From positions 5,720-69,719 of the IMG/VR virus record IMGVR_UViG_3300046689_000393: DNA of 64,000 nt; one strand, given 5' to 3'. A program made the position numbers and the translations under genes. Positions 18,386 to 28,314 of this stretch are shown piece by piece; position 1 is the first letter of the stretch, and every line of letters begins with the position of its first letter. The notes under the pieces were generated by a model. That model saw only the letters and a list, made by a program, of their open reading frames with translations. It was not told where the DNA came from and searched no databases. This stretch comes from a virus.

Positions 18386-18613
18386 ACTTCCAGCGACGCC
18401 AAGAGCAAACTTGGACCAAACCGTTCGCTAAAAGCAGAGATGGAAGCTGCGAATAGCTGCCTCCGTGCTGTGGGATACGTATGCCCGAAAGCCGACCAGC
18501 AACGTAATGAACAGTCGCGACGCCGCTCGCCGGGGCAGGCATCAGGAATGCATTCGAATACTGAAATCGCGAGCGGTAAAACTCCATCAGTCCTCGGCGT
18601 TAATTTTTCGAGC

Positions 18614-18641
18614 CTGACATTTTCTTCCGGAGGAGAGACTA
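18614..18641 (+). promoter_or_regulatory. Class-2 promoter-like motif
   Basis: CTGACA-N15-GAGACTA-N9-ATG. Confidence 0.75.
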
Positions 18642-18650
18642 CTTAGACGT

Positions 18651-18881
18651 ATGGCACACACATTCTCAACGGCTGAATACAACAAGTTGGTTGCGGCCTC
18701 GCAGGCGATGACCTTGACGAGCGCGACGGAACTTCCTTTCGATTCGACTATCATCGAGCGAACGGCAGTGGTTGCAGTTTCCTCCGGATTCGCTGCTTCG
18801 AGCGGCGCGTTCCTGGAAGCTTGCAAACTGAATCCGATTTCCACCTTGCTGAATTTCATCGCCTTCATCGGCAAACCCTAA
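18651..18881 (+). CDS. Hypothetical protein (possibly virion)
   Basis: ATG 9 nt after the class-2 motif. Confidence 0.7.
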   Translation: MAHTFSTAEYNKLVAASQAMTLTSATELPFDSTIIERTAVVAVSSGFAASSGAFLEACKLNPISTLLNFIAFIGKP

Positions 18882-18887
18882 CCGGTT

Positions 18888-19634
18888 ATGTCTGCGGCGG
18901 CTGACCTGGACGCCCTCATTGCTGACTTCGGTCAGTATGGGGACTTGATTACCACTGGCGACACAGTGGACCGGATGCAACGCGTCATCGTGGCACTTTC
19001 TGACGGCACCCTTAACCCAGCAAACAGCGACCTTGGGATTGATTCTATGAATTGGCTTTGCAAATTAATTAAGTATCTCGGCTCCAAGGTAGCAACTCCT
19101 CCAGTTATCGGGGTGAGCACTGACCTAATCGGATACAATTTATACGGGGACGCTCCGGGTATGTCCAGCGTGCTCACGTTCACGATGACGGAAAGTCTCG
19201 GCGGATTTTTCCTTGCGTTTTTTGCCGGGCTCCTTGAAATCCGTTTTCCGAATCTCACGCAGATAGACCCGTTGAACGCTCAGAACGGCGGCAGCGGCAT
19301 CACCATCACAGACAACGCTATTCTGAAGACGATTGACTTTCCGTTGCTTACGACCGTGGGGGCAGGAAACAATATTTCGATTCAAAACAACGGCGCGCTG
19401 ACGGCGGTGAACCTACCAAACTTTTTGCCGGGCAACGGGCAACACGTAATCATCCAGAGCAACTTTTTGCCGTCTGCCCAAGTGAACGCGATTCTAGCGC
19501 GGTGCGTGGCCAATCCTGCTTTTGTTACTGGCAGTGTCGGCCTTCAGCAGAATATCCCGGCTCCTCCGACTGGCCAGGGCATCGCGGACAAAGCAACTTT
19601 AATAGGACGGGGAGTCTCCGTCTTTACGGATTGA
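18888..19634 (+). CDS. Protein with leucine-rich / receptor-L-domain-like repeats
   Basis: LLEIRFPNLTQI, ITITDNAILKTIDFPLLTTVG, ISIQNNGALTAVNLPN. Confidence 0.7.
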   Translation: MSAAADLDALIADFGQYGDLITTGDTVDRMQRVIVALSDGTLNPANSDLGIDSMNWLCKLIKYLGSKVATPPVIGVSTDLIGYNLYGDAPGMSSVLTFTMTESLGGFFLAFFAGLLEIRFPNLTQIDPLNAQNGGSGITITDNAILKTIDFPLLTTVGAGNNISIQNNGALTAVNLPNFLPGNGQHVIIQSNFLPSAQVNAILARCVANPAFVTGSVGLQQNIPAPPTGQGIADKATLIGRGVSVFTD

Positions 19635-19888
19635 CCGGGCCACTGAATAATCAGCCCCAGGTAATACACCTTAAATGGTGAATAAGCAGCCCTTCAAAGT
19701 GATTTGAGGGGCTTGCTATTGCCGGACGGTGTGCGAAGCTTAGACATGAATGAAAAAGAAAAAGCGGCTCAGGCAGCCCGAGAAAAAGAATTCCGAGACC
19801 GGCTCGCAAGGGCCGCGCAGATTCGGGCCAAGCGCAACGCGGACGTTGCCCGGCTGGCGGCGTTCTACTGTGGAAGGCCGGTGACCCT

Positions 19889-20206
19889 GTGAACACGATT
19901 ACCTTGTTGCTAGTGCTGATTCTCGTTACGTCCCCCGGATGGTCAAAGCTGGCTGACGGGATGCTTTCGACGGTCTGGACCTTAGTGAAGCTGGCCTTTT
20001 GGCTCGCTCTGACCGGCGGGATTGTATGGCTTGTCGCACGTTACTGGGAAGGGATTCTAACAGTGCTGGGGCTGGCGGCGGCGTGCATCATAACCCAGTG
20101 CGTTTTTGTCGGCCCCCGGCTGCTGCACGACTGGTTTAGCCGAAATCCGAAGCGCTCCCTCGCTGCCGAAATTTCAGACAAAATTCATCGCACGTATTAT
20201 CAATGA
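19889..20206 (+). CDS. Membrane protein
   Basis: Three hydrophobic segments. Confidence 0.65.
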   Translation: MNTITLLLVLILVTSPGWSKLADGMLSTVWTLVKLAFWLALTGGIVWLVARYWEGILTVLGLAAACIITQCVFVGPRLLHDWFSRNPKRSLAAEISDKIHRTYYQ

Positions 20207-20895
20207 AAACTTTTGCGTATCTCCGCGTAAGCGGACACTCTCAAATCGACGGCGACGGCGAGCGGCGGCAGTGCGACGCTGTCGTGGAATTCTGCCGGGT
20301 GAATATCCTGGATTTGCACTTCGAAAAATTTTTCGATGCTGCGGTCTCTGGCACGGTGGATGGTATGGACCGGCCCGCGCTCGTGAAGCTCTTAGCGACC
20401 GCGCAACCCGGCGACGCAATCGTGGTTGAGCGGCTTGACCGGCTCGCCCGCGAATTGATGATTCAAGAATTTATTCTGAAGGAATGCCGCCAGCGCGGGA
20501 TTAAGGTTTTCGCGACTGACCAAGGCGGGCTTTATGACCAAGCAAGTAATCAGGCCGACCCGACCAGGATTTTAATCCGGCAAGTCATTGGAGCCGTAGC
20601 GCAGTGGGAGAAATCCGTCCTCGTTATGAAGCTCAAAAAGGCCCGCGACGAGAAACGCGCCCGTGGTGAATACTGCGGCGGCAACACTCCCTACGGCACC
20701 CAGCCGGGAGAGTGGGAAACTTTGAACGCTATGCGCACGTTGCGCGAAGCGGGAGAAAACGACAACACGATTGCAGGCACTTTGAATGCTGGCAATTACC
20801 GAACCCGGACCGGCAAGCTCTGGAAACAAAAAGGCGTGCGGCAGATTCTCAACGGATGGGGTCTCCGCTCGCATCGAAAGGACGTAGCAGTATGA
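20203..20895 (+). CDS. Serine recombinase (resolvase domain plus short recombinase-type C-terminus)
   Basis: AYLRVS catalytic Ser, SG....RP.L, VERLDRLAR, GG.TPYG, LN..NYRTRTGKLW. Confidence 0.93.
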   Translation: MKTFAYLRVSGHSQIDGDGERRQCDAVVEFCRVNILDLHFEKFFDAAVSGTVDGMDRPALVKLLATAQPGDAIVVERLDRLARELMIQEFILKECRQRGIKVFATDQGGLYDQASNQADPTRILIRQVIGAVAQWEKSVLVMKLKKARDEKRARGEYCGGNTPYGTQPGEWETLNAMRTLREAGENDNTIAGTLNAGNYRTRTGKLWKQKGVRQILNGWGLRSHRKDVAV

Positions 20896-21110
20896 GAGGC
20901 GGACGGTTTCAAGAAAGATTGGCCAGCCGGGCGACCGGACTGGACGCAGTGGACGAGGCGAATGCTCTCCGCAAAGAGCAGTGCGAGTTGCGGCTCGCGC
21001 GCATCGCGAACGGCAAGGAACCAAGTCACCAAAATGGCCCCTGGCCTAGCCATAGCCAGGAGAAAGGGAAACCAATGAAGTAATCATCGTTTAAACAGAG
21101 AACTCTAGCT

Positions 21111-21143
21111 AGAGCCGGGGCCTTTCGAGGACCGGCTCTTTTT
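21111..21143 (+). terminator. Intrinsic terminator
   Basis: AGAGCCGG..CCT-TTCG-AGG.CCGGCTCT followed by TTTT. Confidence 0.8.
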
Positions 21144-21192
21144 GCATTTTGTTCCTACACTTTGTCGTTGAAACAGAGACTATAGAGTGTAT

Positions 21193-21345
21193 ATGGTAAT
21201 CCTTGCTAGTATTGTGGGGGGCGTTGCCCTCCTTGTTGTCGGCGCTGTATCTGGTGCTATTGGCGTTACCCTCTTCTACCGCAGGAATGCGGCGAAGCAG
21301 GCGCAAGTCAATGTCATTGTGGACAAAGCCGCGACCAAACTGTAA
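21193..21345 (+). CDS. Small single-TM protein (50 aa)
   Basis: Hand translation MVILASIVGGVALLVVGAVSGAIGVTLFYRRNAAK...; ATG 10 nt after GAGACTA at 21176. Confidence 0.7.
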   Translation: MVILASIVGGVALLVVGAVSGAIGVTLFYRRNAAKQAQVNVIVDKAATKL

Positions 21346-21409
21346 CCAAATCAACGGGCGCTTGTAAGAAAAACTGCCTAGTTTTTGTTACAGCCCCGCC
21401 TTTAATTTT

Positions 21410-21703
21410 ATGAACGTGTTCCTAGTTTACAACCAGCGCCACCTGGAGGCGCTCCGGCTGATTGCGCAAAGCTGGACGGCGAACGGATGGCGCGCCCGGC
21501 TCTATCTCCCCAGGACGACCCCCAGGCCAAAGCGCGGCTCCGTTATGATGGATTCGCGGGTGGTCAACTTCGGATGCCGCCCAGGGCAGCGCCGGAGGAT
21601 TGCAGTGTATGGCCGTAAGGGATGGCAGCGCGCGAAGCTGGTGAAGTTCCCGAGCGGGAAGCTGGACCAGATTTTGACCTGCGGGCGCAATGTTACCACA
21701 TAA
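21410..21703 (+). CDS. Hypothetical protein
   Basis: 97-aa ORF overlapping the TerL start. Confidence 0.6.
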   Translation: MNVFLVYNQRHLEALRLIAQSWTANGWRARLYLPRTTPRPKRGSVMMDSRVVNFGCRPGQRRRIAVYGRKGWQRAKLVKFPSGKLDQILTCGRNVTT

Positions 21704-23645
21704 GCCAACGCATGACGCCGCCCTCGCCGTCGCTGCGCTACTGCACAAGCAGCAGCATATCGACGCCGCCCGGCTCGTGTCCGATTTCGTGGGCCTTCCG
21801 TGCGCACTGAAGCCGCAGGACGACCCGGAAAAAGCGCACCCGATTCTGATTAATTTTCTGCACTCCATTATGGAGGCGAACGGAATGGAGGAAGCGGCGC
21901 AGATGCTTTGGTCTCCAAACCAATTTACGCCGGACCCGCACTCCGTGAAACAGGTTTGGGACTTGTTCGCTACGGCGGACATGGGCCTCATCATGGGCGC
22001 GGCCAAAATGGGCAAATCCTACGGGATGGGCGTCCGGCTTTTTCTTGAATGGGTCCGGGACCCGGAGTGGACGACGATTCGCGTGGTAGGCCCCAGCGAA
22101 AACCACCTGGAGCAGAATCTTTTCTCTCACATTGTAGCGCTGCACGCAAACGCAACTCTCCCGATGCCCGGCCAGATTGGCGACCTGTTTATTGGAATGA
22201 ACCGGCGCGATTTGCTCTCCTCGATTTCCGGCGTGGTCATCCCGAAGGGGAATGTCAAAAAGGCCGGGCGACTTCAGGGGCAACACCGGAGACCGCGTCC
22301 GCAGCCTCACCCGAAATTTGGCCCTCTCTCACGACTCTTTATTTTTCTCGATGAAATCGAAAATGTCCCTGATGGTATTTGGCTCGACATTGACAACGTC
22401 CTTTCCGAAATCGAAGCGAAGGGCGTGGGCGGATTCAAAATTTTTGGTGCTTATAACCCAACGGATGCCTCTAGCAAAGTGGCTCAGCGCGCGGAGCCTC
22501 CCGCTGGTTGGTCAAACCTGGACGAGGATAAAGATTACCGATGGAAATCTACCCGTGGGTGGGACGTGGTCCGCATCGACGGGGAGCAATGCGAAAACGT
22601 TCTCCAGGGCCGGATAGTTTACCCAGGTCTCCAAACGCAGGAAGGTCTGGCCAGCATTGCCGCCAACGCGGGCGGCAGGAACGGCAGCGGCTACCGGACG
22701 ATGGGGCGCGGCATGTATCCGACGATGGGCCTCGAAGCTACCGTGATACCGCCGGGGATGCTGGACAAGTGGCGCGGCGAGTTCATTTGGTATCGTGAGC
22801 CGGAGCCGGTGTCAGCAACGGACCTTGCACTTGAGGGCGGCGACGACGCAATTCATATCGTGGGCCAGTGGGGCCTCGCCAGCGGAATAAAACTTCCTCC
22901 GAGTCTGGAATTTCCGAACGGGCGCAAGGTGATGTTCAAAGGGCCGAATCCTGGAGACCGAGTTGTCCCCAGGTGGGGCCTGCAAGCGAACCAGCTTTTC
23001 GTTCTCCCCAAGGGGGACACCGTCGCGATGAAAAAATCTGTGCTCGACATGAACCGCAAAGCGGGAGTCAAGGCGGAGTATTACGCGTGCGACCGAACCG
23101 GCCACGGCGCAGGCGTTGCGGACCTTATCAAATACGAGTGGTCCTCAATCATTCACGACGTGAACTATTCGGAGGGCGCGGGCGAAGAGAAAATAATGTT
23201 GGAGGACTCAAAGAAAGCAAATGAACAATTTGAAAGAATGTATTCAGTCCTGTGGTTTGCGATGCGGCAGTGGGGAGAATTTGGGTATCTCATGCTGGCT
23301 CCTCAACTTGATATGTCCAAGCTTTCTCAACAACTCACCAATCGACGCTTCCGGGTCCTCAACGGGAAATCGAAAGTGGAAAGCAAACGCGATTACGAGT
23401 CGCGCGGATTTGGCTCGCCTAACGAAGCGGATGCGCTGAGCCTTTTAGTTCACGCCGCCAGGAAGGGCAGCGGAATCATTTTGTCCATGCGCGGGAAATC
23501 GGTGGACGTTCCTGACGGGGTGGATGACACCGACGACTGGCCAGTGCCAGGATTTTCTAATGGAGTGAGAATCGACGCTACCAATATGTCGGACTATCTC
23601 GATACCAGCATGCGGCAGCCCGGTTCAATGGAACCAATTTTATGA
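21690..23645 (+). CDS. terL: Terminase large subunit
   Basis: Walker A GAAKMGKS, Walker B IFLDE, nuclease ATDLA.EGGD, DRTGHG, SPNEADAL. Confidence 0.88.
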   Translation: MLPHKPTHDAALAVAALLHKQQHIDAARLVSDFVGLPCALKPQDDPEKAHPILINFLHSIMEANGMEEAAQMLWSPNQFTPDPHSVKQVWDLFATADMGLIMGAAKMGKSYGMGVRLFLEWVRDPEWTTIRVVGPSENHLEQNLFSHIVALHANATLPMPGQIGDLFIGMNRRDLLSSISGVVIPKGNVKKAGRLQGQHRRPRPQPHPKFGPLSRLFIFLDEIENVPDGIWLDIDNVLSEIEAKGVGGFKIFGAYNPTDASSKVAQRAEPPAGWSNLDEDKDYRWKSTRGWDVVRIDGEQCENVLQGRIVYPGLQTQEGLASIAANAGGRNGSGYRTMGRGMYPTMGLEATVIPPGMLDKWRGEFIWYREPEPVSATDLALEGGDDAIHIVGQWGLASGIKLPPSLEFPNGRKVMFKGPNPGDRVVPRWGLQANQLFVLPKGDTVAMKKSVLDMNRKAGVKAEYYACDRTGHGAGVADLIKYEWSSIIHDVNYSEGAGEEKIMLEDSKKANEQFERMYSVLWFAMRQWGEFGYLMLAPQLDMSKLSQQLTNRRFRVLNGKSKVESKRDYESRGFGSPNEADALSLLVHAARKGSGIILSMRGKSVDVPDGVDDTDDWPVPGFSNGVRIDATNMSDYLDTSMRQPGSMEPIL

Positions 23646-24205
23646 AGACACTCAATCCAAACGTGTATCCGCACGGCGGATATTATTTTTTAGACAGCGA
23701 CGGCGCGCGCCTCTTTGGCCAAACGTGGCAGGGAGTCATCGCGCGCGTGATAGCGTATCGTAAGCGCGCCGGGCTGCCCCCAGGTGACCCGCCCAATGAA
23801 GTTGTAGCCCAAGCGTGCCAGCGCAACCCGGTCCTCTGCCGGGATGACAACGGGCTTACTGCGGTCCAGACGAAAAAGGCATCGCTGAAGACCCGCGTGA
23901 TTCAATGGCTGAATAAACTGAAGGCCGACAAATGGAATCAATTTGTGGACACGCAACTTGCCCGCGACCGCGCGCAGGTGTGTGCCGGGTGCCCGAAAAA
24001 TACTTCGCTGCCCGGTGGGTGCGCCTCTTGCAAGGCCGCAGTCAAAGTGCTGCGGGAGGAAATAATTCAGAAGCGCTTCCAGGACGGGCGGCTGCACGCG
24101 TGCGAAGTGCTGGGAGAAGACCTGCCCACTACCGTTCACCTGGAAAGCCAGACGGTGGACAATCCGGAACTGCCCGGCTGCTGCTGGCGGAGGCGCTCAA
24201 TATGA
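23642..24205 (+). CDS. Cys-rich hypothetical protein
   Basis: CAGC, CASC and additional Cys. Confidence 0.75.
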   Translation: MKTLNPNVYPHGGYYFLDSDGARLFGQTWQGVIARVIAYRKRAGLPPGDPPNEVVAQACQRNPVLCRDDNGLTAVQTKKASLKTRVIQWLNKLKADKWNQFVDTQLARDRAQVCAGCPKNTSLPGGCASCKAAVKVLREEIIQKRFQDGRLHACEVLGEDLPTTVHLESQTVDNPELPGCCWRRRSI

Positions 24206-24465
24206 TTATGCTTTTTCTAACCTTCGTAAAAGCGTTTTTCCTCAACCAGTATGCAAAATGGTATGGCTACGACCCTATCGCCCCCGCGCACGTAATCACC
24301 GGGCGGGGCCGAATGTGCGAGGGCTGCGACTTCGCGAAGGAGGGTGTTTGCGGCAAGTGCGGCTGTCTGATTATGGCAAAAGTGATGCTGGCGACGGAGA
24401 AGTGCCCGGTTGGAAAGTGGAAGAGGGTGTGGTTGCCAAAACAGCGCCGGGAAGAGACTATTTGA
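24202..24465 (+). CDS. Small Cys-rich protein
   Basis: CEGC..CGKCGC..AK..CPVGKW. Confidence 0.7.
   Translation: MIMLFLTFVKAFFLNQYAKWYGYDPIAPAHVITGRGRMCEGCDFAKEGVCGKCGCLIMAKVMLATEKCPVGKWKRVWLPKQRREETI
24433..24460 (+). promoter_or_regulatory. Class-2 promoter-like motif upstream of portal
   Basis: TTGCCA-N15-GAGACTA. Confidence 0.7.
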
Positions 24466-24474
24466 GGACATAAT

Positions 24475-26619
24475 ATGCCGTCACCTTCTTATCAACCGAC
24501 CGCAGGACTTGGCGGCGTAATGCCTTACGCTCAAAACTACCTGGGCTCGGTCATTCAATCTCCCATGCTCGACTCCAAGGGCGAGCCGACGCAAAAAAGC
24601 ATTCGCGATATTGGCATGGCTCGCGACGTGGTCAAGACGGTCATCATGGCCGGTAGGAATCGGTCCATCGTCAACTCCCGCATCCTGGCGAAGTATAATG
24701 CGGAGCGTCCTTATGACGCCTACAAGCTGGAGGCTGAAGGACTAGGCTGGCGCTCGAACTTCACCACGAAGCCGTTGCCCTCGATGATTGAAAAAGTGGG
24801 GCCGCGCTTCGTGGCCGCAATCGACGGCGTGAAATATCTTACCAACTCCGCCCTCAGTTCCAAGTGGCAGAACGCGACCGAGAAAACGGAACGCTTCCGC
24901 GCCGCCATCACCAAGGTCTGCCGGGGCCGCAAAGGCTGGCGCACCCTGATAGAGGACATTGCTTTCGACAACGCGCTTTTCGGTCACACCATCGTCGCGT
25001 GGCTCGATGAATATCACTGGTTCCCCTTTCACTTCAAGCAGGACGAAAGCTTCGTCGCGGACGGCACCAAAGCAGACCCGCGCATGGCTCAAATCTGCGT
25101 GCTGAAGGAAGTTTTTCTCCCCCATGAACTTTTCGCCCATATCAAAGACCGCGAAGCTGCTGAAACGGCTGGCTGGAATCTCAAGAACACAATCGACGCC
25201 ATCAATCGCGCCAGTCCAATTCAAATTCGTGACCGGCTCAATGTGGGCGGCACCTTGGAGACGTGGTATCAAAACGCGCTTCGGGAACTTACTATTGGTG
25301 CAAGCTACATGGCCGGGAATTCGGTTGTGGTTGTCTATACCCTCCTGGCGCGTGAAGTATCCGGCAAAGTGTCTCATTATCGAATGGCCGGGCCGGAAAT
25401 GCTTGAAATCTTTTCCCGAGATGACCGTTTCGAGTCAATGGAGGATACGGTTTCGTTTTTCAGCTTTCAGAAAGGTAACGGCACTCTGCACGGGTCAAAG
25501 GGCGTTGGCCGTGACATTTACGAACTCGCTGGGATGATTGACCGCACCCGCAACGAAGTTGTTGACCGGCTAATCATGAGCGGCAAAACTATCGTCCAGG
25601 GCGACGTTAAGCGAATTCACACTTTCAAAATGTCCGTGATTGGCGCGACCTGTATTTTCCCCTCCGGCTGGGATATTCTGGAGCGCAAGATGGACGGAAA
25701 CGTGGACGGCTTTTTGAAGCTGGACGTTTATTTCAACCAGTTGGTCAATCAGTTGATTGGCTCTACGTCCGTGCCGCAGCAACAGGGCGGCGAAGCCATG
25801 AGGAGCCCGGCGGCGTGGAATCTCCTCGCCCAACGGGAAGAGGAAGGCCAGGACGTTCGAATCTCCCGCTTCCTCGAACAGTTTTCAACGATGATGGGCA
25901 CCATGCAGAAGCGCCTTTGTGACTCTGAGACCGACGACGAGGATGCAAAGCTGATGCAAAAAGAGCTTCTCCAGATAATGACCCGAGAGGAACTCGACGA
26001 ACTTTCCGAGCAGGCCGCTTCCGGCACAGTCAAGGATTTGACGCCGATGCAGCGCCAGTTGATTGTGTCCGTGGCCGCAGAGAAGAAAGGCAACCCGCTT
26101 TACAATCAGCGCGCCCTCGAAGTGGAAGACTTGACCGCGCGGGTCAGTTCTGATTTCGTGGACAAGGTTTTGCTGCCTGATGCGGACCCGACCGAGCACG
26201 CGGAGAACGACCGGATGCAAAACTTGGAACTCGGCTTGCTGATGCACGGGCAGCCGGTGCCAGTTTCCCCCAGGGACAATCATGAAATCCATTTGAGCGT
26301 CATCATGCCAGCCGCGCAGCAAATCGCGCAGCACATTATGGATGGGCAGATGACTACTGAAGTTCTCGAAGCAGTTTTCGCCCACATCAACGAGCACTAC
26401 AATAACGCAATTCACCAGGGCGTCCCCAAGGACAAGCTGGCGGACGTGGCGGAGTTGGTGAAGAAAATGGGTCCCGCCATTCAGCAGTTGAAACAGCACG
26501 ACGCGATGGCCGGACAACTTTCGCAGATGCACGACGCGCACGCGCAAGGAGCACTTTTAAGCGGCCCTCCTCCGGCACCCGGAGAAGCGGCCCCCGTAGC
26601 TGGTCCCCCTCAACAATAA
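24475..26619 (+). CDS. Probable portal protein
   Basis: 714 aa, after TerL and before scaffold/capsid; DNHEIH motif and Pro-rich tail. Confidence 0.7.
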   Translation: MPSPSYQPTAGLGGVMPYAQNYLGSVIQSPMLDSKGEPTQKSIRDIGMARDVVKTVIMAGRNRSIVNSRILAKYNAERPYDAYKLEAEGLGWRSNFTTKPLPSMIEKVGPRFVAAIDGVKYLTNSALSSKWQNATEKTERFRAAITKVCRGRKGWRTLIEDIAFDNALFGHTIVAWLDEYHWFPFHFKQDESFVADGTKADPRMAQICVLKEVFLPHELFAHIKDREAAETAGWNLKNTIDAINRASPIQIRDRLNVGGTLETWYQNALRELTIGASYMAGNSVVVVYTLLAREVSGKVSHYRMAGPEMLEIFSRDDRFESMEDTVSFFSFQKGNGTLHGSKGVGRDIYELAGMIDRTRNEVVDRLIMSGKTIVQGDVKRIHTFKMSVIGATCIFPSGWDILERKMDGNVDGFLKLDVYFNQLVNQLIGSTSVPQQQGGEAMRSPAAWNLLAQREEEGQDVRISRFLEQFSTMMGTMQKRLCDSETDDEDAKLMQKELLQIMTREELDELSEQAASGTVKDLTPMQRQLIVSVAAEKKGNPLYNQRALEVEDLTARVSSDFVDKVLLPDADPTEHAENDRMQNLELGLLMHGQPVPVSPRDNHEIHLSVIMPAAQQIAQHIMDGQMTTEVLEAVFAHINEHYNNAIHQGVPKDKLADVAELVKKMGPAIQQLKQHDAMAGQLSQMHDAHAQGALLSGPPPAPGEAAPVAGPPQQ

Positions 26620-26637
26620 CAAAACAGTGTTACCCCA

Positions 26638-26949
26638 ATGGAAATACAAGCTGGCCCCTTAGACTGGACAACCATAGACGAAGAAAATCTTGCGAAGTTT
26701 CTGGACACAGAGACGGGCAAAAGATTTATTCCCAAGCTGGTTGAATCCGCTCCGACCCTCCTGAACCGAGGGCATGTCAACGCAATCCTCATTCGCTCCG
26801 GCGAATTAAGGGGCTACCAAATGGTGGTCCAAAGTATTTTAGTGCTGGCTCACCCGGCACCTAAAGTTGAAACGAACGACGCGACCGAATACGTCCCACT
26901 CGAAGACGACTCGAAATGGAACGACGGTCAAAAATTAACCCCTGAGTAA
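26638..26949 (+). CDS. Hypothetical head-module protein
   Basis: 103-aa ORF between portal and scaffold. Confidence 0.7.
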   Translation: MEIQAGPLDWTTIDEENLAKFLDTETGKRFIPKLVESAPTLLNRGHVNAILIRSGELRGYQMVVQSILVLAHPAPKVETNDATEYVPLEDDSKWNDGQKLTPE

Positions 26950-26951
26950 AT

Positions 26952-28313
26952 ATGCCCGACCCTGTTGTAATCAATCCCTTGAACCCGCCCCAGGCGGATG
27001 CTGCCGCGCATAACGCGGAAATCGCCGCGCGCCAAGCTGCGCAGGACGCCGCCGGTCACTCGACCGCTGGCAAGCCGGGCGAATTCGAAGAGGCTTCTTC
27101 GGCGCTCGACAAGCTCGCGGCGGCAGTTCCGGAAAAGAAACCGGACCCGATAATCGAACCGGCCAAGTCACCGGACCAGTCATCGGCCAAGTCAGCGGAC
27201 GAGTTGGCCGCAGAGAAGCAGGCCGCAGACGAAGCCGCTGCCAAGAAAGCCGCCGACGACGCTGCTGCCGCTGCGAAGAACGAGACCACCACTCCGGACC
27301 CGCTGAAGGAAGTCCAGGAGCCCGAGGGCGCGAGCCAGAAGGCCCGCGACAACTGGAAGGCGCTGCGGGATAAAGCCGCTGCTGAAATCGCCGCTCGCGA
27401 CACCAAGCTCGCAGAGGCGCAGAAGAAGCTGGCGGAGTTTGAAGAGCGGACCAAGAATCCGACGCCGGAGCAACTCCAGAAGGAGAAAGAACTGGAAGAG
27501 CTTCGCCTTTTCCGCGCCAAGCTGGACGTGGAATTTGACCCGGCCTTCAAAAAGTTCGACACCCAGGTAGCGCAGAACGAGGCTTTCATCTACGCGCAAC
27601 TGATGAAGTCCCCGGCAGTGGGTGCTGATGTAATCGAGCAGATTAAGAAATACGGCGGGCCGGACAAGTGCAATCTCTCGAAGCTTTTCGAGTCCATCGC
27701 GGACCCGACACTTCAGCGAATTGTGGAATCGAAAATCGCGGAGAACGCGCAGATTCGATACCAGAAAGACCAAGCTCTGTCGGTGACGAAGCAGAACATG
27801 GAGAGCTACCTGAAGGAAAAGGAAAAGAGCTACATTGACGCCGCGACCCAGCACACGACCGTCACGCAGGGCGAGCTTACGAAATACCTGGGCGCGCTCG
27901 AATGGGCGAAGCCCAAGGAAGTCACCGGCGACGACGCCGCGAAGGCAGCCGCTACGGAGCATAACAAGTGGTTGGAGAAGGTGCAGGCGGAAGTGAACCA
28001 GGGTCTCCAGGACGATTCGCCGCAAATGCGCGCCGTCCTCCTGACGAGCTACGCGAATATGTGTCGCCTTCAACGCGACAATGCGTCTATGACTACTGAA
28101 TTAGCAGCGCTGAAGAAGGAACACGCGGACCTGTCGGCCAAGTGGACGGCTGTGAAGAAGGCGGGCACGTCCCGCCTGCGAGAAAGTGGCGCGCCTCCGG
28201 GAGGAGCACTGCCCCAGGCGAAGCCCGCAAACCAGTTCACCACACCGGCGACTGAATCCCTTGACAATCTGATGAAGACTGTCATGGAAGAGCGCGCGGC
28301 GAAGGGGCAATAA
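26952..28313 (+). CDS. Probable scaffolding protein
   Basis: Ala/Lys/Glu-rich coiled coil between portal and capsid. Confidence 0.6.
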   Translation: MPDPVVINPLNPPQADAAAHNAEIAARQAAQDAAGHSTAGKPGEFEEASSALDKLAAAVPEKKPDPIIEPAKSPDQSSAKSADELAAEKQAADEAAAKKAADDAAAAAKNETTTPDPLKEVQEPEGASQKARDNWKALRDKAAAEIAARDTKLAEAQKKLAEFEERTKNPTPEQLQKEKELEELRLFRAKLDVEFDPAFKKFDTQVAQNEAFIYAQLMKSPAVGADVIEQIKKYGGPDKCNLSKLFESIADPTLQRIVESKIAENAQIRYQKDQALSVTKQNMESYLKEKEKSYIDAATQHTTVTQGELTKYLGALEWAKPKEVTGDDAAKAAATEHNKWLEKVQAEVNQGLQDDSPQMRAVLLTSYANMCRLQRDNASMTTELAALKKEHADLSAKWTAVKKAGTSRLRESGAPPGGALPQAKPANQFTTPATESLDNLMKTVMEERAAKGQ

Positions 28314-28314
28314 C

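Noticed and set aside
19889-19895. TGAACA context at other starts (19890, 29191) as further AAC starts
   Set aside because: A canonical GTG or ATG immediately precedes the AAC, so no special start is needed.
20203-20895. IS607-family element
   Set aside because: No N-terminal MerR-type HTH and no adjacent TnpB.
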